A stretch of DNA of 63,517 nt, filler included, from Octopus bimaculoides (taxonomy: Eukaryota): the NCBI RefSeq assembly GCF_001194135.2. It is 6 parts of 6 records of this genome, joined end to end, with 100 filler letters (N's around TTAATTAATTAA, not from the genome) between each part and the next. Parts side by side here need not be neighbours in the genome. Positions count along the whole stretch, not along the records: positions 1 to 9,181 come from NC_069003.1; positions 9,282 to 29,129 come from NC_068999.1; 4 more parts are not named here. One strand, written 5' to 3'. The notes beneath the pieces were generated by a model that saw only the letters and a list, made by a program, of their open reading frames with translations, did no database searches and had not been told where the DNA came from. Shown here one piece after another: positions 1-11,790 of this stretch (its first letter is position 1; each line of letters begins with the position of its first letter). The translations under genes were made by a program, and so were the position numbers.

Positions 1-70
1 TATATATATATATATATATATATATGCTAGCATGGAAAGCAGACGTTAAACGAACGATATATATTTATAT

Positions 71-229
71 ACGACAGGCTTCTTTCAGTTTCCATCTACT
101 AAATCCACTCACAAGGCTTTGGTCAGCCCAAGGCTATTGTAGAAGACACTTGCTCAAGGTGCCATGCAGTGGGGCTGAACCTAGAACCATGTGGTTGAAA
201 GGTAAACTTCTTACCACACATCTGCACCT
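71..229 (-). mobile_element. tRNA-derived SINE, family A head (CORE-like, octopus OR-type)
   Basis: Reverse complement of the head GGAGTGGCTGTGTGGTAAG...GGCACCTTGGGCAAGTGTCTTCTACTATAGCC...GAAAGAAGCC, which recurs more than 10 times in the window; boundaries approximate. Confidence 0.8.
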
Positions 230-315
230 TTATCTCTTGTTTCAGTCAGTGTGGCCTACCTGGGGTACTGCCTTGAAAAACACTGATGCAAAGACATACA
301 CACATATATATGTAT

Positions 316-472
316 ACAACAGGCTTCTTTTAGTTTTCATCTTCCAAATCTATTCACAAGGCTCTGGTTGGTCCAAGGCTATAGAAGATACTTGCCCAGG
401 GTGCAACACAGTGGGAATGAACCCCAGACCATGTGGTTGGGAAGTAACCTTTTTTACCACACAGCTATGCCT
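316..472 (-). mobile_element. SINE family A head
   Basis: Second diverged copy of the same head, next to TA/CA microsatellite. Confidence 0.75.
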
Positions 473-605
473 GTTGAAAATTTCATTTAAAAATATCCAT
501 TTTTCAGAAAGTTAAGAGGAAACAAAAGTCATGTGAGGTGGGTGCACACTTGCTGCCATTACTACAAGATTGAGGCAGTAACTAATGAACAAACAATAAT
601 AATAT

Positions 606-990
606 TGTTGTTGTTGGCACTCCATCGCTTACGACTTCAAGGGTTCCAGTTGATCCGATCAACGGAACAGCCTGCTCGTGAAATTAACGTGCAAGTGGCT
701 GAACTCTCCACAGACACGTGTACCCTTAACGTAGTTCTCGGGGATATTCAGCGTGACACAGTCTGACAAGGTTGACCCTTTGAATTACAGGCACAACAGA
801 AACAGGAAGTAAGAGTGAGAGAAAGTTGTGGTGAAAGAGTACAGCAGGGCTCTACACCATCCCCTACCGGAGCCTCGTGGAGCTTTAGGTGTTTTCACTC
901 AATAAACACTCACAACGCCCAGTCTGGGAATCGAAACCGCGATCCTATGACCGTGTGTCCGCTGCCCTAACCACTGGGCCATTGCGCCTC
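606..990 (-). mobile_element. tRNA-derived SINE, family C (full length)
   Basis: Minus strand begins GGCGCAATGGCCCAGTGGTTAGGGCAGCGG (A box) ...GGTTTCGATTCCCAG (B box) and ends in an (AAC)n-type tail; partial copies at 13970-14081 and 17995-18178. Confidence 0.85.
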
Positions 991-1487
991 AACTAGAGAA
1001 AAGTACAAACCACTGAAAGAACACTTATCAGCAAAATTATGCAAAACTTTACTATCAGTGTAACAAGCAATTACATGAGAGAGTAATTGCTGCATGAACT
1101 GATAAAAAAATAAACTGACCAACCAAATGTTATCTATTGTGGACCAGACAACTAAAGAATAATTAGTAGATACTGAATATCTCTACTTTTGGACATTAAT
1201 TGTTCTGTTTTATTGTGTTGCTGTTACTATTCACCAACAGATGGGAGTAGCGGAGACAGATTGCAGTGAAAAGAAACAATCAAAATGGATTACCTCTTCA
1301 GACGCATATCAATAATTAGACAAGTGCAAAGTGAATAATAATTTCAGCAGTAACATTGATAGATTATCTAAAGTTTATCGGAACTGTCAACAAGAAACAT
1401 TCATGGGCGAGTCAGTTGCCCTTAAACAGGAATTACAAGTGGAAGGTGAATAGTTTTTTTAATAATGGTTTCAAATTTTGGCACAAG

Positions 1488-1679
1488 GCCGGCAATTTTG
1501 GGGAAGGAAGTAAGTCAATTAAATTGACACCAGTGTTCAACTGGTACTTATTTTATTAACCTTGAAAGTATAAAAGCAAAGTCAACCTATGCTGAATTTG
1601 AACTCAGTATGTAAAGATGGACGAAATACCACTAAGCATTTTGTCTGGTGTGCTAATGGTTCTGCCAGTTCATCACCTT
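1488..1679 (-). mobile_element. SINE family B (OK-type), degraded
   Basis: Similar to the reverse complement of the well-preserved copy at 56937-57160. Confidence 0.65.
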
Positions 1680-2509
1680 GAATTTTGTTCAAACCATTCA
1701 ACCCATGCCAGCATGGAAAATGGACATTAAATGTTGATGATGATGGTGATGAGAAAAAGGAAAGTAAACCTTTGAGAACAAAAAGCCATAAATTTCAAGT
1801 ATTATTAAATAAATCAGTGTACCATAGTGTGACAGGCCATATCCCCAGGGTTGTGAAAGCTCCTACTCTAGATAATCTAGAGTCCTTCTAGAAAGGGATT
1901 TGGAATGTAAACAACACAATCCTGATGCAAAGTGGTTAAACGAATCATAGAGTGAATACTGTGCAAATGTCTCTCTCCAAACTTCTATCAACTGAAACTC
2001 TCTAAACGGAGAGTTAAAAAAGGAAATCACTTGGGTGGAGTCTGATTATTTGTTATGGGTATAAAATGTCCATATTCTACAGGGCCAGCCCTCATTTACC
2101 TGTTCAAAAGAACAATGAATGCCAACATTGATTTTCTAGTTTACATTTGCTCCATGTGAAGTAAGGCTTGCTGTACTAACCTACTTAGACAGAAACTTGG
2201 AAGTGAATACTTGTCAAATCAGCTGAATGTTATGCATGGGTATATATATACGTCCCACAAGCTAGAAAATACCTGCTTCCAAATCCTGTTTTATTACTGA
2301 GTAAAAATGATCAAACTTTAAACTTCTGTAATGATTTTGTAAAATTTTTCTGGAACAAATGAATAGCAAAATTGGATTCAGTGTAAAAAATTACATCAAT
2401 ATACTAAATTTGGAAAAATTTCACTTAATTTTAAAATTTCAAAATCTGTGACAATAACAGAAGAGGCCCACAACTACCTCCCTTGGACCTGCAAATAAGT
2501 ACATCACAT

Positions 2510-2790
2510 CTCATCAAGAAGGCTACACTTTTGCTATCCAAGAACAGAAGGTATCTACTAAATGCCTGATTAGCAAAAGAGATAAGGATGTCTCTAAGTC
2601 TCCACACTGTGATAGTGTTGATTGTGCCTTACCAGCATGGAAGATACCACTTTTATCATTAGTAGCTGTTCAAAAATGTCCACAAGATATTACCTTTCCT
2701 TCAAATGTGACATTGTTGCTGAAGCAGTCTACAATGCTGCATGCAAAAAAGGATTGTCCTGAGAGCCATACCACACACAGGTACCTCAGA
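2510..2790 (+). mobile_element. Degenerate RLE-type (Dong/R4-like) LINE fragment, zinc-knuckle region
   Basis: Frameshifted translation TFAIQEQKVSTKCLISKR...CDS...KKDCP resembles the AAQEQ..T.Y...C..C..E...H....C region of the Dong fragments at 32-34 kb. Confidence 0.5.
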
Positions 2791-2873
2791 ACCAGAAAGT
2801 ACCCACACTTTTAAGAATAAAAGATATAGACGAAACATTCCAAAATAAAAAAAACATCAACTTGGTGTAAGCA

Positions 2874-3120
2874 CCACGAGGTTGTGAATTTGATTTCTGG
2901 ACTAGGCTGTATGTTGTGCTCTTGAGCAAGACACTTTATTTCATGTTGTTCCAGTTCACTCAGCTGTAGAAATGTGTTGCAATGTCTCTGGTACCAAGCT
3001 TATCAGCCTTTGCCTTTACTTTGGGCAACAACAGTGGAAAGGGGAAACTGGTAGGCATAGACAACTGCTGGCCTTTCATAAATAACCTTGCGTGGATTTG
3101 TGCCTCAGAGAAGAACTTTG
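2874..3120 (+). mobile_element. SINE family D, degraded
   Basis: TTGTGCTCTTGAGCAAGACACTTTATTTCATGTTGTTCCAGTTCACTCAGCTG, shared with 16443-16600 and 52960-53229. Confidence 0.65.
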
Positions 3121-3559
3121 TAGGTGTAATTCTAGGTGGTCCTTCATGACAAAAGAGGGTCTTTACCCTTTACTTTTATGAACATCAACACTTAAAGATG
3201 TATAGACAATATCTAGAGATGACCTATAGAAGTTTGTAATGGGAGTAAATGACAGTGTAAGTTCCTGTGGAATGGAAATGAATGTAAAGAAAATAAAATG
3301 AATGGTACTCAACAAGAAACAACAGTCTGTGAAAATAAATATTACAACTGAAGGACAAATGAATGAAAGAGAGACCAAAGATAATATAGCAAAGATAATA
3401 TAAGGAATGAGAAAATGGTAAATATGAAAGAGAAATCAAATGGATTGAAATAGCAAGAAAGTCATTAATATTGAAGCCAAAAAAAGATGATTAAAATGTT
3501 ATGTATAGTCCACTCTACTGTATAGAGAGTTGAAAAATGGACGCTAACAAAAGTATCAT

Positions 3560-3965
3560 GAAATAGATGACAGCATCCGAAAAGTTAGAAATATAGATGG
3601 CTTTTGAGAATATCATCATGGGCAAAGAATACTGTGGATATTTTTAATCAATGATAATTGAAAATGGTAAAAACTAAGAATATTTTCTTAGAAGACACCA
3701 TCAAAGGGAGAAAACTAAAATATTTTGGTCACTTAATTGGAAAGAAAATGGTTTTACAGAGAGACTGTTAATAGAAGGTATAATAAAAGGAAAAAAGAGG
3801 AAGACGAAAAACTGAGAATTATTTGAATGGATAATATAAAGAACTGGACGGACTTAAATATAGTGAATGTAGCTAGGGATAGAGCAAAATGGTAGAGATG
3901 GTGATTTATGATATTGGACCTGTTGAGAATGGAGGATAGGTGATGGAAGTGATGATGATGATGAC
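3560..3965 (+). mobile_element. RTE-clade LINE 3' remnant
   Basis: Frameshifted RKLKYFGHLI...TERLLIEGIIKGK...WMDNIKNWTDL...ARDRAKW followed by a (TGA)n tail. Confidence 0.7.
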
Positions 3966-4224
3966 GATAATGAAGAGGAGGGGGGATTCATCTATTGGCA
4001 TATTCTGTTCACTGTTTAATGTTAGGTTAATCAATAAAATATATTTAAATAAACTGTCAAACTTATAGATTACTAAGCAAATTATGAATAGATTCCATGA
4101 TAATGGTTTGAGTGCATTGAATAAGATATCACTATTCTTGGTATTATAAAGAAGAGATTTCAAGATCTAATCAAAGTCTGATTTGCACTAGTAGTCTAGA
4201 TGACTGTTGATGTGAGATTGTCAA

Positions 4225-4266
<42 letters not shown>

Positions 4267-4398
4267 TAAGAGTACGTCTGCAAATTCTAGATCACTGATT
4301 ACTCTCTTTCCCTCACATATAAGTACTCTTTGTATTAGTGTATTTCACTTTGAACTAAAATGTAAAGGATGTTCAATTGAATTTATATAGGCAGTTTA

Positions 4399-4550
4399 GG
4401 TGTGACTGTGGTAAGAAGTTTGCTTCCCACCCACATGGTTCCAGGTTCAGCCCCACTGCATGGTACCTTGGGCAAGTGTCTTCTATTATAGTCTTGGGCT
4501 GACCAAAGCTTTGTTAGTTTATTTGGTGGATGGAACTTGAAAGAAGCCTG

Positions 4551-4594
<44 letters not shown>

Positions 4595-4745
4595 ATATCA
4601 GACAAAGGAGACCAATAGAATAAGTACCAGGCTTTAAAAATGAAAAACTAGTGGTACTAGGGTTGATTTGCTTGACTAAAAACCCTTCAAAGCGGTGCTG
4701 CAGCTTGGCTGCGGTCTAATGACTGAAACAAGTAAAAGATAAAAG
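4399..4745 (+). mobile_element. SINE family A (head + (GT)n + 3' tail)
   Basis: Head and tail (GAGACCAATAGAATAAGTAC...GACTGAAACAAGTAAAAGAT) match other copies. Confidence 0.8.
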
Positions 4746-5210
4746 ATATCATCATCATCACCATTTAATGTCATGTCAGCTTTTGGCATAGTTTCTATGG
4801 CTGTTTGCCCCCCCCCCCAATGCCAACTACTTTGCTGTGTCTGTTAAGTGCTATTTTCAAGCTGCTGGCTCTAGCGAGGCTGTCAAGAAACTTGCACACA
4901 TCAGAAAAGAACAGGTAAAAACCCCTTCAGTTAAGTAGAGGGAAGAGTATTTGAGAGGGGAATGGTGGTTTTGTGCCTGGTGTATGATTGAGAGGGACAA
5001 GAACAAATGTTTTGCTATAGAGGAGATACACGGCTACCTCACTGATATAAGGACAGGTGAGAGTAACTGGAAAGATAAAGATGGTGGTGACAAGAAGCCA
5101 AAGCATCTCAATATATTGTATTTATTTATTTCTGTTTTAAAAATTGTATGTAAGAAGTGTCTCAAGATACAAAAAAGGTGAGTATAAGAGAAGATACAGA
5201 GAGTGGATTG

Positions 5211-7305
5211 GGCTATTTTTCCATAAAGACATAGGTGAAGTTTGTCTTCATTTTAGAATTTTTCTAGAATTTTTCTTCTAGTAATTCCATTGTTAAATTT
5301 AGTAGGGTCTATAAGCCTAACCAAAGGTTTTAATTCAGTTTGGTACGCAGATCCTTAAATGTAAAATGAGGAGGTGTTGGCAGAAGTAGTTCTGTGCAGT
5401 CACCAGTATTGTGTTTTGATTCAATCTTTTGGTATATGCTGCAGATTACGCAGGAGACAAGACAACTGTCTTTCTTTTATTCAGTTATATGAATTATTTA
5501 TTTGAATTCCCCAAATTTCTGTGAATTTAGTATCCAATGTAGATTGGATACATTTGATAGAATCACTTGTCTTCTGCATCAGATATTTAAGGATGAAGTT
5601 TCTTGGAAAGGTTGGTGCTTTATATCAATCATACCTTTATATCAATCATACCTTTATATCAATCATACCTTCAATGGCAAATTGGAAAACTAAAAAAAAA
5701 AAACTCTGGAAATCAGGGTGCCTTCAAAAGAAGTATTTTTAGGAGGTCAAGCACAATGGTATTAAAAGATTGCTAGAATAGTTTAGATGGGGAAAAAGGA
5801 AAAGACTATTGTTTGATTGCAAGTGAATGTAGTTAAGAGCATGTTTGGCTTGTGTAATGAGTAATATAAAGAAGTATCTGGGTCTAGGGTGACATCTAGG
5901 AAATCTGTGCATGTAAGGATGAATTTTATAGTCTTGTGTAATCTTTGATTCTTAAAAAAAAAATGCAAGTTTTTCCTTATAACTGTAACACAATTTTTGT
6001 CTTTGGGTAGCAACTGTTATTTCCTATTTGTTTACCCCTGGAAAGTATGAAAAATGGTTAATATTTCCTTCAAATTTTGGTTTTGTTACATCTATTCAAA
6101 CCCCAAAGAATCCCTCTCAACACATGGTTATGATGCTTCCCCCACTACTCCTGCTCATGATCAGAGATGCACATATTGCCAACCACTAAGGGAAATACTC
6201 AACTGGTTAATGTCAAGCAACTGACAAGCAAATCTGTGATATTGAACAGAATATTTGCTATAACAATATTTCAGCTTTGGCAACTCTGCTGTGAATCTGT
6301 CTGAAATGTAATGGAAAATAGGTCGATTTCAAAACATTGACGTCCAGATGACGAAAGCAAAGTTTGAAGGGAATGGTAGTGATTTCCTATGATTTTTAGA
6401 TTGAAGCAAATAAGAAATGACACTTTCTGACCAAAGACAAAAAAAAATTTTATTTTGTTACACAGTGTTATTAGTGATTTGTGGAATGCAATTTTGTAGC
6501 ATCAACAGACTGTCATCTCTTTATAATCATCCTTCATTTCTTGTGAAGTAAACTCTGAGGTTATGTAGTTAGTAACAACTGATGAAGTCATTAAACTTTG
6601 CAAAGTCATTGTCTTCCATTGTAATGTTGAAGTAGAAGCTGGAGCTTTTATTAATCCAAATCGAATTGTCATAATAAACTAGTGTCTTCCTTGCTTGGAG
6701 GATGATGTCTACATCCCAGGCAGTGATGGTTTATTATTGTTCTTGCAAAGTTGATTGTTTTTATGGTAAATGATTCAATTATAGCAGCATAATAAGTTTC
6801 AAGATTGAATTACAGGAATCTATTAGTTTTCTTACTTGATATGGACTGAAACCATTCTATTACTTCGAGGCTATTTTTCCATAAAGACATAGGTGAAGTT
6901 TGTCTTTCATGGAGTATACACCTGTCTAGAATTTTTCTTTCTAGTAATTCCATTGTTAAATTTAATAGTGTCTATAAGCCTAACGAAAGGTTTTAATTCG
7001 GTTTGGTACACAGATCCTTAAATGTAAAATGAGGAGGTGTTGGCAGAAGTAGTTTTGTGCAGTTATCAGTATTGTTTTGATTCAATCTTTTGGTATATGC
7101 TGCAGATTACACAGGAGACAAGACAACTGTCTTTCTTTTATTCAGTTATATGAATTATTTATTTGAATTCCAAATTTCTGTGAATTTGGTATCCAACGTA
7201 GATTGGATACATTTGATAGAATCACTTGTCTTCTGCACTTCTGCATCAGATATTTAAGGATGAAGTTTCTTGGAAAGGTTGGTGTTTTATATCAATCATA
7301 CCTTT
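5211..7305 (-). mobile_element. Degenerate Penelope-like element, partial-tandem arrangement with a ~440-bp direct repeat
   Basis: Minus-strand DFLDVTLDPDTSLYYSLHKPN (RT C-terminal motif, ~5850-5920) and GIY-YIG-side remnants NTSSF..YQTEL..HLCL(+1)MEKIA; 5211-5650 is repeated at 6869-7305. Confidence 0.7.
6090..6265 (+). repeat. Interspersed repeat family E, partial
   Basis: Matches the 3' half of the copies at 29905-30410 and 33105-33580. Confidence 0.7.
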
Positions 7306-7424
7306 GATCATGAAACTGGAAAAATGCTTAAAGAATACATAAAAAAAATAAGGGAACCAAAAGTTAAGGTAAAACACTCAATAAAACACACACACACATG
7401 CATAAAAAATATATATATATATGC

Positions 7425-7469
<45 letters not shown>

Positions 7470-7771
7470 NNNNNNNNNNNNNNNNNNNNNNNNNNNNNNN
7501 NNNNNNNNNNNNNNNNNNNNNNNNNNNNNNNNNNNNNNNNNNNNNNNNNNNNNNNNNNNNNNNNNNNNNNNNNNNNNNNNNNNNNNNNNNNNNNNNNNNN
7601 NNNNNNNNNNNNNNNNNNNNNNNNNNNNNNNNNNNNNNNNNNNNNNNNNNNNNNNNNNNNNNNNNNNNNNNNNNNNNNNNNNNNNNNNNNNNNNNNNNNN
7701 NNNNNNNNNNNNNNNNNNNNNNNNNNNNNNNNNNNNNNNNNNNNNNNNNNNNNNNNNNNNNNNNNNNNNNN

Positions 7772-7825
<54 letters not shown>

Positions 7826-8289
7826 ACACACACATATACATGCACATATATACATATATGTCAACATGTATGTATATATGTGTATACATATATGTATGCA
7901 TGTGTATGCATATATGTTTGTATATATGTGTATATATATGTTTGTACCTATATGTGTGTACATATGTATATGTATCTAGTCCATAGATAAGAATCAGATA
8001 TTCTCTATATAGAATACACTCAGTAGTGCTCAAGAAATTTAAACTTGAGTGGATAGAGACATAAATGTCGGCATAAGCAAGTTAGACAGATCAATACATA
8101 AAGTATATTATATATATGAAATACAAAAAAATGTATATATGTATACATACAAAAAGGTCTGACTTACACAGAGCAGAAATGATATAGAGAATTAAAGGGG
8201 TTGAAGAAAAGTTTTACAAATCCAACAGCTGTTTCTGGGGGCTGGGTGGTCCAAAATAAAGCTTGTAGATTGATTCCGTGGTCCGATGA

Positions 8290-8460
8290 GATGAGCCTCC
8301 ATCTTCAGGAAAAAGATCTTACATTTGAGATATTACAGGAAAGAAATTTTAACTTCTTTCCTTTAACATTCAAGAAACAACTTGACCTCCTGTTGTTTAA
8401 GGTCCCAGATGAGCATACACCTTCACAAGAAATGTCGGCTCCTACAGAACAGCCATATTG
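8290..8460 (+). mobile_element. CR1/L2-type LINE 3' remnant
   Basis: FKKQLDLLLFKVPDEHT resembles the FK..LD.FL..IPD.P C-terminus of CR1/L2 ORF2. Confidence 0.5.
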
Positions 8461-8519
8461 GTGTGGTGATAAACATTACTTCTCTATATATTAATATACA
8501 TGTGTGTGTGTGTGGGTGT

Positions 8520-9165
8520 ACAGGAGTGTCTGTGTGGCAAGAAGCTTGCTTCCCAACCACATAGTTCTGTGTTCAATCCCATTGCGTGGCACCTTGGGCA
8601 TGTGTCTTTTACTATAGCCTTGGGCCAACCAAAGCCTTGTGTGAAGATTTGGTAGACAGAAACTGAAAGAAGCCTATCATGTATATTTTGGGTTGGTGCA
8701 TAATTATTGCGGCATTTTTTCAATAAATTTTATTCAACAAAAACAATAACAATATTTAACAAAAACATCTTTAAATGACAGTCTGACCGTCTGCCAAGCA
8801 AATGGGAAGCAGTAATTGAAGTAGATGGTGAATATGCTCCGGAATAATGATTTAAAGATGTTTTTGTTACATGTTGTTATTGTTTTTGTTGAACAAAATT
8901 TGCTGAAAAGAAGCCGCAATAATTATGCACCAACCCAATATATATATACATACTTGTGTCTGTATTTGTCGCCCCTCCCACCATTGCTTGACAACCGATG
9001 CTGGTGTGTTTACGTCCCCGTAACCTAGCAGTTCAACAAAAGACACCAATAGAACAAGTACTAGGCTTACAAAGAATAAGTCCTGGGGCCTATTTGTTTG
9101 ATTAAAGGCAGTGCTCCAGCATGGCTGCAGTTAAATGACGGAAACATGTAAAAGGTAAAAGAAGA
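8520..9165 (+). mobile_element. SINE family A split by a mariner MITE
   Basis: Head 8520-8685 and tail ~8960-9165 flank the MITE. Confidence 0.75.
8686..8938. mobile_element. mariner-derived MITE (Made1/Hsmar-like ends)
   Basis: ~90-bp imperfect inverted arms starting TTGGGTTGGTGCATAATTATTGCGG; TA at 8684-85 and 8939-40. Confidence 0.85.
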
Positions 9166-9388
9166 TATATGTATATGTATTNNNNNNNNNNNNNNNNNNN
9201 NNNNNNNNNNNNNNNNNNNNNNNNNTTAATTAATTAANNNNNNNNNNNNNNNNNNNNNNNNNNNNNNNNNNNNNNNNNNNNCGTTATCGTTATCGTTATC
9301 GTTGTCGTTGTCGTTGTCGTTGTCATTGTTATTGTTATTGTTATTGTTATTGTTATTATTGCTGTTGTTGTTGTTGTTGTTGTTGTTA

Positions 9389-9573
9389 AGGCGGCAAGCT
9401 GGCGTTTTGTCTGTCGTTAACATTCAGAGCTCAAATCTCCTCCGAGGTCGGCTTTGCCTTTCAACCTTTCAGGGTCAATGAAATAAGTACCAGTTACACA
9501 CTGGGGCCCGATGTAATCAACTAGTCCTCCCTCCCCCAAAATTTCAGGCCTTGTGGCTATAGTAGAAAGGATT

Positions 9574-9575
<2 letters not shown>
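9389..9575 (+). mobile_element. SINE family B
   Basis: GGCGGCAAGCTGGC...CCGAGGTCGGCTTTGCCTTTCA...AAATAAGTACCAGTTAC, flanked by (TTG)n/(TTA)n. Confidence 0.75.
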
Positions 9576-9613
<38 letters not shown>

Positions 9614-10465
9614 GTATTATTATTGTTGTTGTTGTTGTTGTTATTTTATTATTGTTATGGTTATTTTTTTTTTTTTTTTTTTTTACATTTTTTTTTGTTA
9701 ACTAATAGTATTTGACTTTATTTTTCAGTGGCTACAGTGAAGACTTTTGGTATTTCAATCCATTTTATTTTCATCTCACTCATTGCATTGCACTTGTAGA
9801 ACTTGCTTTTTTTTCTCTCACACACTAGTAACAAATGCACCTTCTTTCCATCACTTTGCATAGAATCATCACATACACACACACACTCTCTCTCTCTCTC
9901 TCTCTCCCTCTGTTTCTCATTTCTTCTTTGTGATTCATTAGTCTTGCCACATACCAGACGACCACTCTAATGCTGGTGCACCCAATATATTCTGTTAAGT
10001 GGTTGGCATCAGGAAAGGGGTCTAGGCATCCAACCATAGAAACCATATCAAACCGGAGACCTTAGAACATGACACTATCATCCAATCTACCAGAATCTGT
10101 CAAACTGTCCAACATGTATTTGTGTGTGTGTGTGTGTGACAGCATGTGACCCTGTGGTTAGAGTGTTACACTCATAACTGTTAGATCATGGGTTCGATTT
10201 CTAGTTTTGTGTGACTATCCATCAGACAGTTGTAATAATACATATACATGTTGCAGAAACTCTTTTGTAAGCACCATCAGTTAGAAATTTCATGTAGTTG
10301 CACTTTTTCAATAATGTAGTATTTCTCATGCTTGCACTCACTGTAGTATTTTTTTTTTTTTTAGAGGCCTTTAGACATCAGACTTAAATATGACTAAAAT
10401 AGTTCAATTGTCCTTTTTCCAATAATTCTGTATGTGTTTTTTTTTTTTTTTTCACAGTTTTAAAT

Positions 10466-10900
10466 AGGCATGACTGTATGGTAAGATGTTTGCTTCCCAA
10501 CCACATGGTTCTGGGTTTAGTTCCACTGTATGACGCCTTGGACAAGTTTCTTCTACTATAGCCTCAAGCCAGCCAAAGCCTTGTGAGTGTATTCGGTAGA
10601 CAGATACTAAAAGAAGTTCCAGCTTGTACATATATATGTGTGTGTGTGTGTGTGTAATTGTCTCCTTCCCTTGGCATCGTATAATAGCTGTATACGGATG
10701 GAATGACACTCTTAAGCAAGAGGTGTCTTTTGTTTCCTATCTTCTGTGAAAACATGTCTGGTCTTGGGAAAATTTTATCCATATTGGAAACTGATAAGGG
10801 TATGTGACAGGAAGGGCATCCAGCTGTACAAAATCCATCTCAACAAATTCCACCTGACCTATGTGAGCATGGAAAAGTGGACGTTAAAATAGTAACATCA
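10466..10900 (+). mobile_element. SINE family A head with an alternative (family F-like) 3' tail
   Basis: Head followed by AGGAAGGGCATCCAGCTGTA...GCATGGAAAAGTGGACGTTAAA. Confidence 0.7.
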
Positions 10901-10916
10901 ATGTTAGTGTGATTAC

Positions 10917-10977
<61 letters not shown>

Positions 10978-11130
10978 GGTGCAGGAGTGGCTGTGTGGTA
11001 AGTAGCTTGTTTACCACAGTCCCGCTGCGTGGCACCTTGGGCAAGTGTCTTCTACTATAGCCTCGGGCCAACCAGAGCCTTGTGAGTGGATTTGGTAGAT
11101 GGAAACTGAAAGAAGCCCATTGTATATATG

Positions 11131-11180
<50 letters not shown>

Positions 11181-11370
11181 TATGTGTGTCTGTGTTTGTC
11201 CCCCCAACATCGCTTGACAACCAATGCTGGTGTGTTTACATCTACGTAACTTAGCGGTTCGGCAAAAGAGACCGATAGAATAAGTCCTGGGGTCGATTTG
11301 CTCGACTAAAGGCGGTGCTCCAGCATGGCCACAGTCAAATGACTGAAACAAGTAAAAGAGTAAAAGAGTA
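10978..11370 (+). mobile_element. SINE family A, near full length, inserted at (TTA)n
   Basis: Head, TA/TG microsatellite and complete tail ending GTAAAAGAGTAAAAGAG. Confidence 0.85.
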
Positions 11371-11568
11371 ATCACATGATAGAAATCTCAAAGCTATGAA
11401 ATAATACATAATTAATTCAAAACAATGTGAATAAATAAGCATTGCATTCGATGGAGTAATTTAAATGCTAAAGGGTTATTATACAATGAATATCTTTACT
11501 TGTTCTGATTCTTCAGCACCAAAGTACAATCTAGAGACATGTCTTTCTTGATATCAAAGCATGTTTAA

Positions 11569-11790
11569 CCCTTTAGTGTTCGCATTATTCTGCCAAAGTT
11601 AATGCTTTTTTTATCCACATTGTCTTGAACTAATCATGCATTATCTTGTAGCTATTAGATTTTGATGAGGTAGCTGTTAATTTTTAAAACGATATTGTAG
11701 GGTTGGTGTGAGAGACCAGATCTGGCCAGTTTGAACATAAAACAGGCAGAATACTTTTGGCCGGATATGGCCAGTTTAAATGCTAAAGGG
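11569..11790. mobile_element. piggyBac-type MITE
   Basis: TTAA|CCCTTTAG ... CTAAAGGG|TTAA; an inverted partial copy of its left half lies at ~11395-11476. Confidence 0.8.

Noticed and set aside
606-990. tRNA-like A/B boxes in SINE heads as tRNA genes
   Set aside because: They continue into SINE body sequence, lack a full cloverleaf and occur as decayed dispersed copies.
7270-8033. Long ORFs rich in YI/HT/CV/X (also around 19.7, 26.9, 38.1, 51.5, 56.5 and 57 kb)
   Set aside because: Translations of (TA)n/(CA)n microsatellites and N gaps.
9226-9237. TTAATTAATTAA embedded in ~100-nt N runs (also 29174, 40467, 53966, 59627)
   Set aside because: Identical palindromic six-frame-stop linker centred in fixed-size gaps; a scaffolding artefact, not biology.
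9729-9749. 21-nt micro-exon candidate (TTTTTCAG|TGGCTACAGTGAAGACTTTTG|GTATTT) upstream of the NHE-like exon
   Set aside because: Phase-compatible but short with a weak donor; expected by chance in AT-rich DNA.
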